Positions 1-9,066 of a stretch of 64,000 nucleotides of DNA are shown here, piece after piece. Every line of letters starts with the position of its first letter. The stretch's first letter is position 1. The DNA lies in the NCBI RefSeq assembly GCF_048260065.1, contig NZ_JBLXHC010000014.1, positions 100,028-164,027 of the forward strand, in the 5' to 3' direction. Under the pieces are notes generated by a model that made no database searches, was not told the origin of the DNA, and saw nothing but the letters and a program-made list of their open reading frames with translations. The translations under genes were made by a program, and so were the position numbers. Source of the DNA: Gimesia sp. (GTDB lineage: Bacteria; Planctomycetota; Planctomycetia; Planctomycetales; Planctomycetaceae).

Positions 1-634
1 GATCCTGAATCTGGGTCTGCGTTTCTGACGTGTTGACATTGAGCAGATGCTGTCCATATTGCTGCAACTCGCGTGCGATGTCATCAGGCGGGAGTACATA
101 GTCTGCCACACCTGTCGTGGCAGCGCTCCGCGGCATGCTGTCGTACCTGGCAGAATTCGGATCTTGTGCAAATGTCAGTCCCCCACTGTCACTGATGGCC
201 TTCAGACCCAGTGTGCCGTCAGTGCCTGCTCCAGAGAGAATGATTCCTACAGCACGCTTGCCTTGATCGTCAGCAAGTGAATGGAAAAAGTGATCGATAT
301 TCAGGGATGGATGGGGTCCCGTTTCGGCTTCGGCCAGTGTGACAACGCCGTTCTTGATTTCCAGCAGTCTCTGGGGAGGACAGATATAAATTCTGCCTGC
401 TTCCAGCTTCGTGCGTTCATTCAGCTCAATCACTTCCCATGAAGTCGACTTCACCAGGAGTTCCATCAGCACCGGTTTGCTGTCCGGATCCAGATGCTGG
501 ATATAAACCAGCGACAAGCCCAGTGCCTCTTCGAGTGAGCCAAGCAGGTTTCTGAACGCATCCAGACCACCGGCAGACGCGCCGACGCCAACAATAATCG
601 GTAGATTGTTGTTTTGTTGACGGTTCTGATTCAT
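1..634 (-). CDS. CheB-type protein-glutamate methylesterase domain protein, N-terminal part. The gene runs off the window start and is probably a multidomain CheB/CheR-type signalling protein.
   Basis: Absent from the ORF track because it has no stop inside the window. Manual minus-strand translation from the ATG (CAT at 632-634) gives MNQNRQQNNNLPIIVGVGASAGGLDAF...VYIQHLDPDSKP...HFFHSLADDQGKRAVGIILSGAGTDGTLGLKAISDSGGLTFAQDP...SMPRSA. The GASAGG, QHLDP and SGxGxDG motifs are typical of CheB catalytic domains. Confidence 0.75.
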   Translation of the reverse strand, partial: MNQNRQQNNNLPIIVGVGASAGGLDAFRNLLGSLEEALGLSLVYIQHLDPDSKPVLMELLVKSTSWEVIELNERTKLEAGRIYICPPQRLLEIKNGVVTLAEAETGPHPSLNIDHFFHSLADDQGKRAVGIILSGAGTDGTLGLKAISDSGGLTFAQDPNSARYDSMPRSAATTGVADYVLPPDDIARELQQYGQHLLNVNTSETQTQIQD

Positions 635-1075
635 CTAACGCCTTTGTTCCTGCAAAATCTGATGGCAGGGAGAGAGAAGCTTGTCTTAGGGATTTGGCTC
701 CGACAGACGGTTTACTGACATGCGGAAACTTTAATCGATTACATCCGTGTTTTTTACCCGTTCAGAATTTTGTGCCTGCGGGTCTGCAAAAATGAATTCC
801 AGTTTCCGACTGGTGTCAGTCTGATTATTTCAATCAGTCTATCGTGGTCAATTGGTTCTGAAAATAATCATAACAAAACGCCTTTACAAAAACAGAGAGA
901 ACAGTCTCTGCCAACACATCATAGAACGAATTCTGATGTTACAGACATGAGCATAAAGGAAAAGGTAGTAGCAGGCACTAAATCAGGTTGAAAAAAATTC
1001 CTGAAAGCAGCTCATTCGGACATATTGTCGGACTTAGACTGTTTGAGGCATTTTGAGTTGCAGAGCAGACAGCGC

Positions 1076-2437
1076 TTACTTCTTTCCTGCCCGGAGTTTC
1101 TCGGCCTGTTCCCGTTTTTTGATGTCTTTGGGATGCTTGGAGAACGATTCGAAGACGTCCCCGATGACACGGTCCGCGAGCAGACTCAACTCTGTGAGAA
1201 TGATGGGCTCTGCTTCGGGCAGCAGTTTTGAGGTGTTTGGTTCGTAGCCGCCTACGCTGTAGGAATCAGTAGTTGCAATGTAGCCGACGTGTCCGTTGGC
1301 ATATCCCACGATGATGGGAATGGCGCGGTCGGCAATGTCATTTTCCAGCTTCAGTCCGTATTCGACCATCGGTTCCCCTGGCATCGTCAGCAGCAGATAG
1401 GGACCAATTTTCATGGCCTGCAGCTCAGCTTCAATTCGACCTTCCTTGCCGGGGAGCGAAATCACAGAGTTGGCGACGCGAATCGGATAGTATTCAGCCC
1501 GTTCAGCCAACTCTTCCCGCGTCATACTATGGGCCAGGGTTCGCACGACAGCGCTACCCAGATCTCGACCAGCCCACTGGATGTCGGCTTCATCTGCACA
1601 ACGATAGGGATAGCCGGGCAGGTTCGGGCGAATGTCTCCTGCGCAACCCTGCAGGAACAGCGAACTGGTCTGATTTCCATAGCACATTTCCACAAAGGTC
1701 TGGGCTTCGCCGGGAAAGTCGGCACTCATCTTCGGGAAACCGTTAGGGTATGGCATCGAGCCTTTATCACCCCAAGTGAAAAAACAGGGGTGGCAGACGG
1801 CGTGCATCAGAACCGCGACTGGGGTCAGCGATTTCCCATCGTCGAATCGCAGGACTTTGACGCGGGGGTCGTTGGGACCGTCTTCATTGAGCCGTACCAC
1901 GGCCCGACCGTTGATTACTTTGCGACGATTGATACTGAATCCGATTTTGTCTTCACCGTAGCCGACAGTGACCGGTGTCATTTTCGAAGCCGCCTGTTTT
2001 GCAGCGGTACCGAGCTTGGCGATCAGTTCTTTTCCCCAGGCCGAATCCGCATTGAATCCCGGGCCGGAGTGATTGTGTGAGGCTGCCACCATGATATTGG
2101 CCGCCGGGATCCCCGTTTCTTTTTCGATTTGTGCCCGGGCCGGTTTCACAATTTCCGTGTAGGCACCGATCAGGTCCAGCGTCACGATGGCCACTTTGGT
2201 CTGACCATCATCCAGCACCAGCACACCCGCCCGCAGGGGATCACGTACGCCGGTAACTTTGCGACGGTGCCCGACGACTTCCAGCTCTTTGACTTCGGCA
2301 GGAGTGATGTCCACTTTGGCCACGCCTGCTTTGAGATTCGATTTTACAGCAGACGGATTTTCGGCAGCAGAAGTTTCTAAGAACAGGCAGGAATTCAACA
2401 GCAGGACAATACAGACAACTCGAAATATCTGGTGCAT
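1076..2437 (-). CDS. Secreted neutral/alkaline ceramidase-like hydrolase
   Basis: 453-aa ORF with a signal peptide (MHQIFRVVCIVLLLNSCLFLETSAAE). The AASHNHSGPG motif resembles the ceramidase_alk N-terminal signature GxSHTHSGPG. No competing ORF. Confidence 0.6.
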   Translation of the reverse strand: MHQIFRVVCIVLLLNSCLFLETSAAENPSAVKSNLKAGVAKVDITPAEVKELEVVGHRRKVTGVRDPLRAGVLVLDDGQTKVAIVTLDLIGAYTEIVKPARAQIEKETGIPAANIMVAASHNHSGPGFNADSAWGKELIAKLGTAAKQAASKMTPVTVGYGEDKIGFSINRRKVINGRAVVRLNEDGPNDPRVKVLRFDDGKSLTPVAVLMHAVCHPCFFTWGDKGSMPYPNGFPKMSADFPGEAQTFVEMCYGNQTSSLFLQGCAGDIRPNLPGYPYRCADEADIQWAGRDLGSAVVRTLAHSMTREELAERAEYYPIRVANSVISLPGKEGRIEAELQAMKIGPYLLLTMPGEPMVEYGLKLENDIADRAIPIIVGYANGHVGYIATTDSYSVGGYEPNTSKLLPEAEPIILTELSLLADRVIGDVFESFSKHPKDIKKREQAEKLRAGKK

Positions 2438-2808
2438 GGCTCTGGTTTCATATCATGAGGAACGTTTTGGGAAGCTGACCGAGTCGAAGGAGTGATGGTT
2501 CTCGTTTCGGATTAAACGTTGGAGGAATCAAGGCTGGTAATAATGTGGAGCGAAACATCAATGCTGACTTATTTCAGTTTAGACAGCTTGAGAACAAGTA
2601 GCAAGCAATTTCAGCGGAATCCAGTTCTCTGGTACGTGAGTCAGTCTTGCTGCTGCTTTGCTCTATTAGTTCGGATTTTGAGAGTCCAACAGGAGAGAAT
2701 ACTCGCGAAATCAACCATCAGCACGCGGAAGGGATTTTCAGGCAGTTTCCGGGAAAAATTGCGTGTGGGTATTTTGTTGTGTGCACTTCAAATAACTTCT
2801 CTGTTCGA

Positions 2809-5800
2809 TCACCCATCCGACGATTTCTCGTTACCTGTTGGAGAGGTTGGTGTCTGTTGTTTCTGTGGGGGCGGACTTTGGCTTTTCAGATCATTCAGCC
2901 AGCGTTTTCCTGAGTGATAATCAGTATTAAATGCAGCGTAAGGATAGTCGCGATTGATTTGCCTGGCTTTTTCGCGAGTGATCTTTGTTCGCATGGCGTT
3001 TACATAACCATCAGGATGAATCTGAATTAATGCCTCAAATCCCTGTTCTGAGAGGTCTGTATCGGAAATCTGAATCCCTCCACACAGCTTTAACACGGGA
3101 ACTTTTGCCAGCAGGTCAGCATTCCTGACTCCGGAAGCTTCCAGTCCAAAAAAGGGAGGCAGTTGTGAGAGTGCCTCGACAGTTTCTGGTGTGATCTCCA
3201 GAGCAGGTGGTAAAATAACTCGTACAGGAAAAAACAGTTCTGAGTCTGGCGGATACTCAGACTTTTGATACGTTTTTCCATTCGTCGCGTTGATTGTGAC
3301 TCCCAGATCGAGCAGTTTGATCGCGGCCTGCCGGGCCACAGGGGTGCCCAGATAACGATTGTGCCCATTGAGATCGTTATCGATGACTGTCATGCCTGGC
3401 TGAATTTTTTGCAGTTCCGCTATCAGTTCCGGATCATATTTTCGACCGAAAGAATTGATGTTCAAAAACCGCAGTTTCAATTTTGAAAAACCGGGTGAAC
3501 GCGCCAGATCTTCCAGGGTCTGGGGGATGGGGTTATACAGATGCAGGTTTCTCAAGCGTGGCATCAATTCCAGAAAACGAAATTGATCATCGATCTGAAT
3601 GGCACCAACATTGAATGTGTCAAGGTGTTCCAGTCCCATGTTGGAAGTCAGCTCTGATGTTTTCAGCGGGGTGTTGTAGATGTGAAAATCGGTCGTGTTT
3701 TCATTGAACTGCAACCCCTCCAGTGCCCCGGGTTCCAGGTGACAGTTCATGATATTGAGTGAATGCAGCGTGAGCAGACTGCTTAATCGAGACAGACTGG
3801 TAATGGTGATCTTTTGATCTGCCCTGCTGAAAACAATTTCGATCACCCGGAATGGCTCGTCCGGGAGTTGATTCAGCTGATTTTTTGATTTTTCAGTTCC
3901 ATTGGCCTTCTTGAAGCTGACTTTACCACCCAGGTTAATCACCCATTCTGCGATCGCCCGTTCGGAAGCCAGGATGGCTGAATCATTCCGTTCTGGTGGA
4001 GAAGTACGCGGGGGCTGTGGATCGGTTTTCGCTCTGAGTTTCAGCCAGCTGATGCCATGATGACTGCTTGAATGAAATGCTGCAAACGGATAATCCTGAT
4101 CGACCTGTTTCGCTTTCTCGTCGGTGACTGGGGTTCCTATCAGATTTATATAAACTTCCGGATTGCTTTGATAAAATGATTCAAATCCTTTGTCTGTCAG
4201 GTCGGAATCGGGGAGTCGAACTCCGCTGCAGAGTGCCATCACCGGGACAGCAGTCAGCAGGTCTGCATTTTTCAGTCCTTTCGAATCCAGCCTGGGGAAG
4301 GGAGGCAGGCGAGAAAACATCTCAGCGATCTCCGGCGTGATTTCCAGATTGTTCGGTAGAATGATTTCCAGAGGTTTGAACAGTTCGGACTCGGACGGGG
4401 AGTTTGACTTGTTAAAAAGGATCTCGCTCTGGTTGGGACCGCTGGCAACAATTGTAATGCCCAGTTCCAGCAGTTTTATCGCAGCTTCCCGTGCGACCGG
4501 GGTTCCCAGGTAGCGCTGGTGCCCCTTCTTATCATTGACAATGATAGACATGCCCGGCTTTTCAGCCTGTAACGCGCGAATCGCATCAGAGTCAAAAGTG
4601 CGGCCGTTGGCATACAGATTGAGGAAACGCAGGTTCCCCTGTTTGAATCCAGATGAGTCGGCCAGATCCTGCAACTGCTGTGTATTCGGGTTCCAGAGCC
4701 TTAAATCTCTCAGTCGCGGCATCAGGTCGAGGAACTGAAAGTGATCATTCACCTGGGCAGTACTGATTTCAAATGTATCGAGGTTTTCCAGGCCTTTGAT
4801 CTCATTGCTGAGGTGTGTCGCTTTTGCGAGACTATGAGACATGCGGAAATGAGTCATACCATTGCCGAACTCCAACCCTTTCAGGGCACCGGGGCGCAAA
4901 CCACAATTTGAGATACTAAGTGAGTGGAGTGATAACAGGCGACTTAAACGCGACAGGCTGGGAAGCTGGATTATCTCTCTCGATTGATCAAAGGGGATTT
5001 GCAAAATCCGAAATGGTTCCTTCGGTAGTTGATCGATTTGGGATACCCAAATATCATCTTTGTTTGTTGTTTTGACAACGACCCTGGCTCCCAGTCTAAG
5101 GGCCCATTCTGCTGTTTCCCGTTCGAATGCCAGTTGTGCGTCATCTAAGCGGGGGGACGTCTCTTTTTTAGTTGGCTTAACCCGATTCTGTTTTGCTGAT
5201 TTGAGTTTTTCATAGACAATTTCCAGCCAGCGCCGTCCTGTACCATGCCTGGAATGGAATGCCAGATAAGGCGCATCCTCGTCAAGTTGTTGAGTGAGAG
5301 ACTTTGTGACCTGAGTGTCCTTGATATCGAAATATCCATCCGGATCCTGTTCGACCAGTTTACGAAAGGCAGCATCAGTCAGGTCCGAATTTTCTAATCC
5401 GACACCACTGGCGCGTCTTAAACCGGGAATCCCGGTCAGCAGGTCAGCATTGTGAACTCCCGTTGCATTTAAATGGTAATAACTGGGAAGGGCAGCCAGA
5501 TCATCTACAATTTCAGAGGTCAGTTTCAACTTGGGTGGGAGAGAGACTCGACTCAATGAGAAAGGGATCTCTTTCGATGGCAGGTTCTCCCTGGAAAATG
5601 TCTGGCTTCCTCGGCCTGGTTCGTGACCTTCCATGGTACAACCCAGCTCCAGTAATCTGACAGCCGCCAGTTGAGCGACCGGTTTGCCAAGGTACTGTTC
5701 TTCTCTGCCGGAACCGTTTGAAGTAATTGTCATTTCAGGTTGTGCGGATTGCAGACGTTGAACGAGCGCGTCATCAATCTGACCGTTGGGCCTCAGTCTC

Positions 5801-8010
5801 AAAAACCGCAATTTCGATTGTCGTAGCAGCGGTGATTCGCTTAATTCTTTCAATTTGGCAGGTAAGATATCAACGATTTCCAGAGCTCTGAGGTTCGGCA
5901 TCTGTTCCAGAAAGGCAAAGTGGTCATCAATCTGGGAACCACCCAGTTCCAGTGTATCGACGAATTCAAGGCCCTGAATCTCTTTCAAATCAGATACTTT
6001 TAATTCCGCTTGCAGGATGTGTAAGGTTTCAAATGCCTGTTTCAATACGAGCCCTTTGAGGGCAGCCGAGGATACTTTTGCTTGATTCAGGTTCAGTTCC
6101 TCTAGTGTCATTAACTGACTGAGGCTGCTCAAATCCGTCAATGGTTTATTTCGGGATCGATCAAAATAGATTTCTTTCAGTCGGAATGGTTCATCAGGGA
6201 GTTCCTTGATGTCTTTGATGTTAAATTTGAAGTCATGTGCCATGTTGAAACGCACGATGCCTCCCCGTTTGATCAGCCACTCCGTGACTTCCCGTTCCCG
6301 GGCAAAGGGTTCGGCAGGATCAGCGACCTGTGGTACAGGTGACCCGGGCTGGTCAGCAACCGGACTGGTAGCTTTCGCTGATTTGCCCGGTGTCGGGGAT
6401 GGGAGCCAGTTTAATTTAATTTCGGCCGATTCTTTGGAGTCAGCAACGATTTCAAAACGTCCGTTCTTCAGAGGAACTCCATTCACCGATGCCAGGACAC
6501 GTTGTTCGTTCCCCTCTGATTTGACGGTCGTCAACTCACCCCAAGGGAGCCGCTGGTCTCCGATTTGCAGACTGAGTTCGTGTGAGCCTGACTTTTGTGT
6601 TCCGGTCCAGCTTCCTGATGTGAGATCCAGAGGCTTTCCGTCAAGCAAAATTTGAGCCCGTTGATCATTCAGGGTGACATGTAGGGTTCCCTGAGAGCTG
6701 GAGGGCCTCAGAAACGAGATACCCAGTAACAGAACGGCTGCCAGCCCCATGCCCACCAGAATTCTTCCCGGACTGAGTCGTTTGCCAGATGTGCCAGGCA
6801 GGGTCGTTTCTTGCCAGGCTGCCAGGACCTGAGAGACTTCCTGCATCGAGTGATAGCGCAGCTCTGTCGAGCGGGCCATCATTTTGCGGCAGATCTGATC
6901 CAGTCTGGAATCGATATCAGGCTGAATATTTCGAACCGGTCTGGGATCTTTGGTCATGATCTGAGACAGAATGGAAGCCGTCGTTCCCTGGAAGGGGCGT
7001 TGCCCGGCGAGCAGTTCATACATGATGACCCCCAGCGAGTAGACATCGCTGGCTGGTCCGATTTTTTCCAGGTCTCCTTCCACCTGTTCGGGCGACATGT
7101 AAGACGGGCTTCCCATGATCTGACCATGCTGTGTGAGCTGGGTCGCTTCTTCGTTCTGGCTCATCGTTGCCAGTCCAAAGTCAGTGATGATCGGAGTGCC
7201 ATCCTGTCGGATCATGATGTTTGCGGGTTTGAGATCCCGATGTACGATTCCCTGCTGATGTGCCAGTTCCAGTGCCTGTGCTAACTGCTGAATCAGTTGG
7301 GCGATTTCAGTCTGGCTGAATTTCTGACCGGCCTGTATCAACGCCGCCAGCGATTCCCCTTCGATGAATTCCATTGTGATGTAATGGACATCGTCGATCT
7401 GATCCACATCATAAACCGAACACAGATTCGGGTGATTCAGATTGGCAGCCGCTCGTGCCTCACGGTAGAAACGGGTAATGAACTGTGTATCGGCGTGCGA
7501 GTTAATCTGCGGAAGCTTGAGTGCCACCTTGCGCTCGAGTTGTGTATCCCGCGCCAGATAAACGCAGCCCATACCTCCTTCGCCCAGCCGTGAGAGGATC
7601 TGGTAGCGACCAAACCGGGCGGGAAACTGTTCGAAGTGCAGGCGCGATTCCTGAACCGTCAGGCCGCCTGAACTGTCGGCGGAACCGGAGTCTGACTGAT
7701 CGGCAATGCGGGTTCTGGCTGAATGTGAGTCGGAAAACAGTTTTGAAAGTTCCCCGGCGATTTCGGGATGGGCCTCAAGCAGTTCCTGCTCACTGATGAT
7801 CTTGCCTGTTTCCCGCAAACGGTAGTAGCGTTCGATCAGGATCAGTTCTTTCAGCAATATACTGCGTGAGGGATTGGTAAAATCGAAGAGCGTCTTTTCC
7901 AGTGACGGATTTTCCCCGTTCTGCCAGGACTGTTCAAAGTCTTCGCAGCGTTCTTCAATCTGGCTTTGTAGTTCGGCTGGAAGATTTTCCAGTTCAAATG
8001 GTTGATTCAT
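2809..8010 (-). CDS. Membrane-anchored Hanks-type Ser/Thr protein kinase with a giant triplicated LRR-like ectodomain
   Basis: 1733-aa ORF. Kinase motifs: GEGGMGCVY, VALK, HRDLKPAN, DFG, SPE. Single TM segment: ILVGMGLAAVLLLGISFL. This is followed by about 1170 aa made of three homologous modules. Confidence 0.9.
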   Translation of the reverse strand: MNQPFELENLPAELQSQIEERCEDFEQSWQNGENPSLEKTLFDFTNPSRSILLKELILIERYYRLRETGKIISEQELLEAHPEIAGELSKLFSDSHSARTRIADQSDSGSADSSGGLTVQESRLHFEQFPARFGRYQILSRLGEGGMGCVYLARDTQLERKVALKLPQINSHADTQFITRFYREARAAANLNHPNLCSVYDVDQIDDVHYITMEFIEGESLAALIQAGQKFSQTEIAQLIQQLAQALELAHQQGIVHRDLKPANIMIRQDGTPIITDFGLATMSQNEEATQLTQHGQIMGSPSYMSPEQVEGDLEKIGPASDVYSLGVIMYELLAGQRPFQGTTASILSQIMTKDPRPVRNIQPDIDSRLDQICRKMMARSTELRYHSMQEVSQVLAAWQETTLPGTSGKRLSPGRILVGMGLAAVLLLGISFLRPSSSQGTLHVTLNDQRAQILLDGKPLDLTSGSWTGTQKSGSHELSLQIGDQRLPWGELTTVKSEGNEQRVLASVNGVPLKNGRFEIVADSKESAEIKLNWLPSPTPGKSAKATSPVADQPGSPVPQVADPAEPFAREREVTEWLIKRGGIVRFNMAHDFKFNIKDIKELPDEPFRLKEIYFDRSRNKPLTDLSSLSQLMTLEELNLNQAKVSSAALKGLVLKQAFETLHILQAELKVSDLKEIQGLEFVDTLELGGSQIDDHFAFLEQMPNLRALEIVDILPAKLKELSESPLLRQSKLRFLRLRPNGQIDDALVQRLQSAQPEMTITSNGSGREEQYLGKPVAQLAAVRLLELGCTMEGHEPGRGSQTFSRENLPSKEIPFSLSRVSLPPKLKLTSEIVDDLAALPSYYHLNATGVHNADLLTGIPGLRRASGVGLENSDLTDAAFRKLVEQDPDGYFDIKDTQVTKSLTQQLDEDAPYLAFHSRHGTGRRWLEIVYEKLKSAKQNRVKPTKKETSPRLDDAQLAFERETAEWALRLGARVVVKTTNKDDIWVSQIDQLPKEPFRILQIPFDQSREIIQLPSLSRLSRLLSLHSLSISNCGLRPGALKGLEFGNGMTHFRMSHSLAKATHLSNEIKGLENLDTFEISTAQVNDHFQFLDLMPRLRDLRLWNPNTQQLQDLADSSGFKQGNLRFLNLYANGRTFDSDAIRALQAEKPGMSIIVNDKKGHQRYLGTPVAREAAIKLLELGITIVASGPNQSEILFNKSNSPSESELFKPLEIILPNNLEITPEIAEMFSRLPPFPRLDSKGLKNADLLTAVPVMALCSGVRLPDSDLTDKGFESFYQSNPEVYINLIGTPVTDEKAKQVDQDYPFAAFHSSSHHGISWLKLRAKTDPQPPRTSPPERNDSAILASERAIAEWVINLGGKVSFKKANGTEKSKNQLNQLPDEPFRVIEIVFSRADQKITITSLSRLSSLLTLHSLNIMNCHLEPGALEGLQFNENTTDFHIYNTPLKTSELTSNMGLEHLDTFNVGAIQIDDQFRFLELMPRLRNLHLYNPIPQTLEDLARSPGFSKLKLRFLNINSFGRKYDPELIAELQKIQPGMTVIDNDLNGHNRYLGTPVARQAAIKLLDLGVTINATNGKTYQKSEYPPDSELFFPVRVILPPALEITPETVEALSQLPPFFGLEASGVRNADLLAKVPVLKLCGGIQISDTDLSEQGFEALIQIHPDGYVNAMRTKITREKARQINRDYPYAAFNTDYHSGKRWLNDLKSQSPPPQKQQTPTSPTGNEKSSDG
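2812..6315 (-). repeat. Three tandem, diverged coding modules of about 1.16 kb (about 390 aa each) inside the kinase gene
   Basis: Modules span aa 566-957, 958-1344 and 1345-1733. They share ERExxEW..GG starts, an L-rich LRR-like core, YLGxPVAxxAAxxLLxLG, and AFHSxxHxGxxWL ends. The period is 392/387 aa. Confidence 0.8.
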
Positions 8011-8136
8011 TTTGTCTTATCCTAAACTCGAGAACCCCGAGTTATGTACAAGATCGCAATGGAGCAGATAACCCCGACACAGATTTTTAAAAATTTGGGG
8101 AAAGAATGTGATATTCGTCCAAATGATTGCCTGGTT

Positions 8137-8742
8137 TCAATTTAGTTCCGCTTCGATCTGTTCTGTCCAGGTTTGTCGAATCAGAACAAGCCGGCGTTCA
8201 ATGCTGCGTTCCATGACTCCCACTTTGGCGGCAATTTCCGCATTGGTATAACCTTCCAGCTTGAGTTGGGCGACCTCTTTGAGGGATTCTTTTCCCAGTG
8301 AATCCAGAAGGCGACTGGCTTCCTCGGCTGCTTCTACTGCGAGTTCCTGGTTCGGTGCCTGATGAGCCAGCTGATCCAGCCAGTTTTCTTCTTCAGACGA
8401 AGTTCCGGAAACCGTGCGCCTGACATCGCGTTTCTGAGCGCTTTGTCTGCGGTACAGGTTCCGGGTTTTACAGAGTGTTATATTGACAAGCAGAGGCCAG
8501 AGGCTGGTCCGATCGTTGAGATTGGGGAACTTGCCTGCTTCCAGTCGCACGAAAAAGCTGTTCAATGCGCTGAGGACGGCATCTTCTTCATCTTCGACCC
8601 GACAGAGGTCTTTCTGCAGATGGGAGCGGGCCAGTTGCACTAGTTGTTCGAAATAGCGATTCCAGAGTTGCTGCTGCAATTCATCTGCTTCACCCTGTTT
8701 GAGTTGATCCAGCCAGTTGGTGACTGAGCCCTGATGATCCAT
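8137..8742 (-). CDS. ECF-type RNA polymerase sigma factor (Planctomycete Sigma70_ECF-like), upstream partner of the kinase
   Basis: 201 aa. The N-terminus SVTNWLDQLKQGEADELQQQLWNRYFEQLVQLA is typical of this ECF family. The C-terminal region 4 HTH reads LEGYTNAEIAAKVGVMERSIERRL. It lies 126 bp upstream of the kinase on the same strand. Confidence 0.8.
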   Translation of the reverse strand: MDHQGSVTNWLDQLKQGEADELQQQLWNRYFEQLVQLARSHLQKDLCRVEDEEDAVLSALNSFFVRLEAGKFPNLNDRTSLWPLLVNITLCKTRNLYRRQSAQKRDVRRTVSGTSSEEENWLDQLAHQAPNQELAVEAAEEASRLLDSLGKESLKEVAQLKLEGYTNAEIAAKVGVMERSIERRLVLIRQTWTEQIEAELN

Positions 8743-9066
8743 GCCTGCTGCCGTTATCTATTCAATAGGAATCCAGATTCGTCAGGCACTCAATTCATCA
8801 GGCGGGTAGCGGGTCCGCCTTCTGAATTGCTGACTGGTCTGAATGATTACAAAGTCAATTCTCAGAAGGTCTTACAGACAGTTTATCAGCACAAACGACT
8901 CAATTCAAAAAAAATCGGGGGATTCTGCGTCGGAAAAAAAACTGCCTTCGCGATTGTACTTGAGGAGCAGGGGACACACAACATTTTGGTAGTCAAAAAC
9001 TCACGATATCAACTTGGAACCTGCGGTCGTAACAATCGAAACTCCATTCGAACAGGAGCAGACACA

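Noticed and set aside
1289-2080. 263-aa plus-strand ORF. Similar long antisense ORFs occur at 18964-19515, 24042-24527, 29151-29693, 32961-33410, 38992-39540, 50794-51537 and 62880-63530.
   Set aside because: Each is fully embedded opposite a gene with strong family motifs, and none has a motif of its own. They are typical shadow frames of a ~50% GC genome.
2519-2917. 132-aa and 88-aa plus-strand ORFs in and beyond the 370-bp gap between the ceramidase-like gene and the kinase gene.
   Set aside because: They overlap the 3' end of the 1733-aa kinase gene. They have a Cys/Leu-rich composition with no motif and no RBS.
8734-9066. 5' extension of the 1484-aa ORF, starting inside the sigma gene start region.
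   Set aside because: The extension overlaps the divergent sigma gene and has no signal peptide. The in-frame ATG at 9067 has an AGGAG RBS and yields a proper signal peptide.
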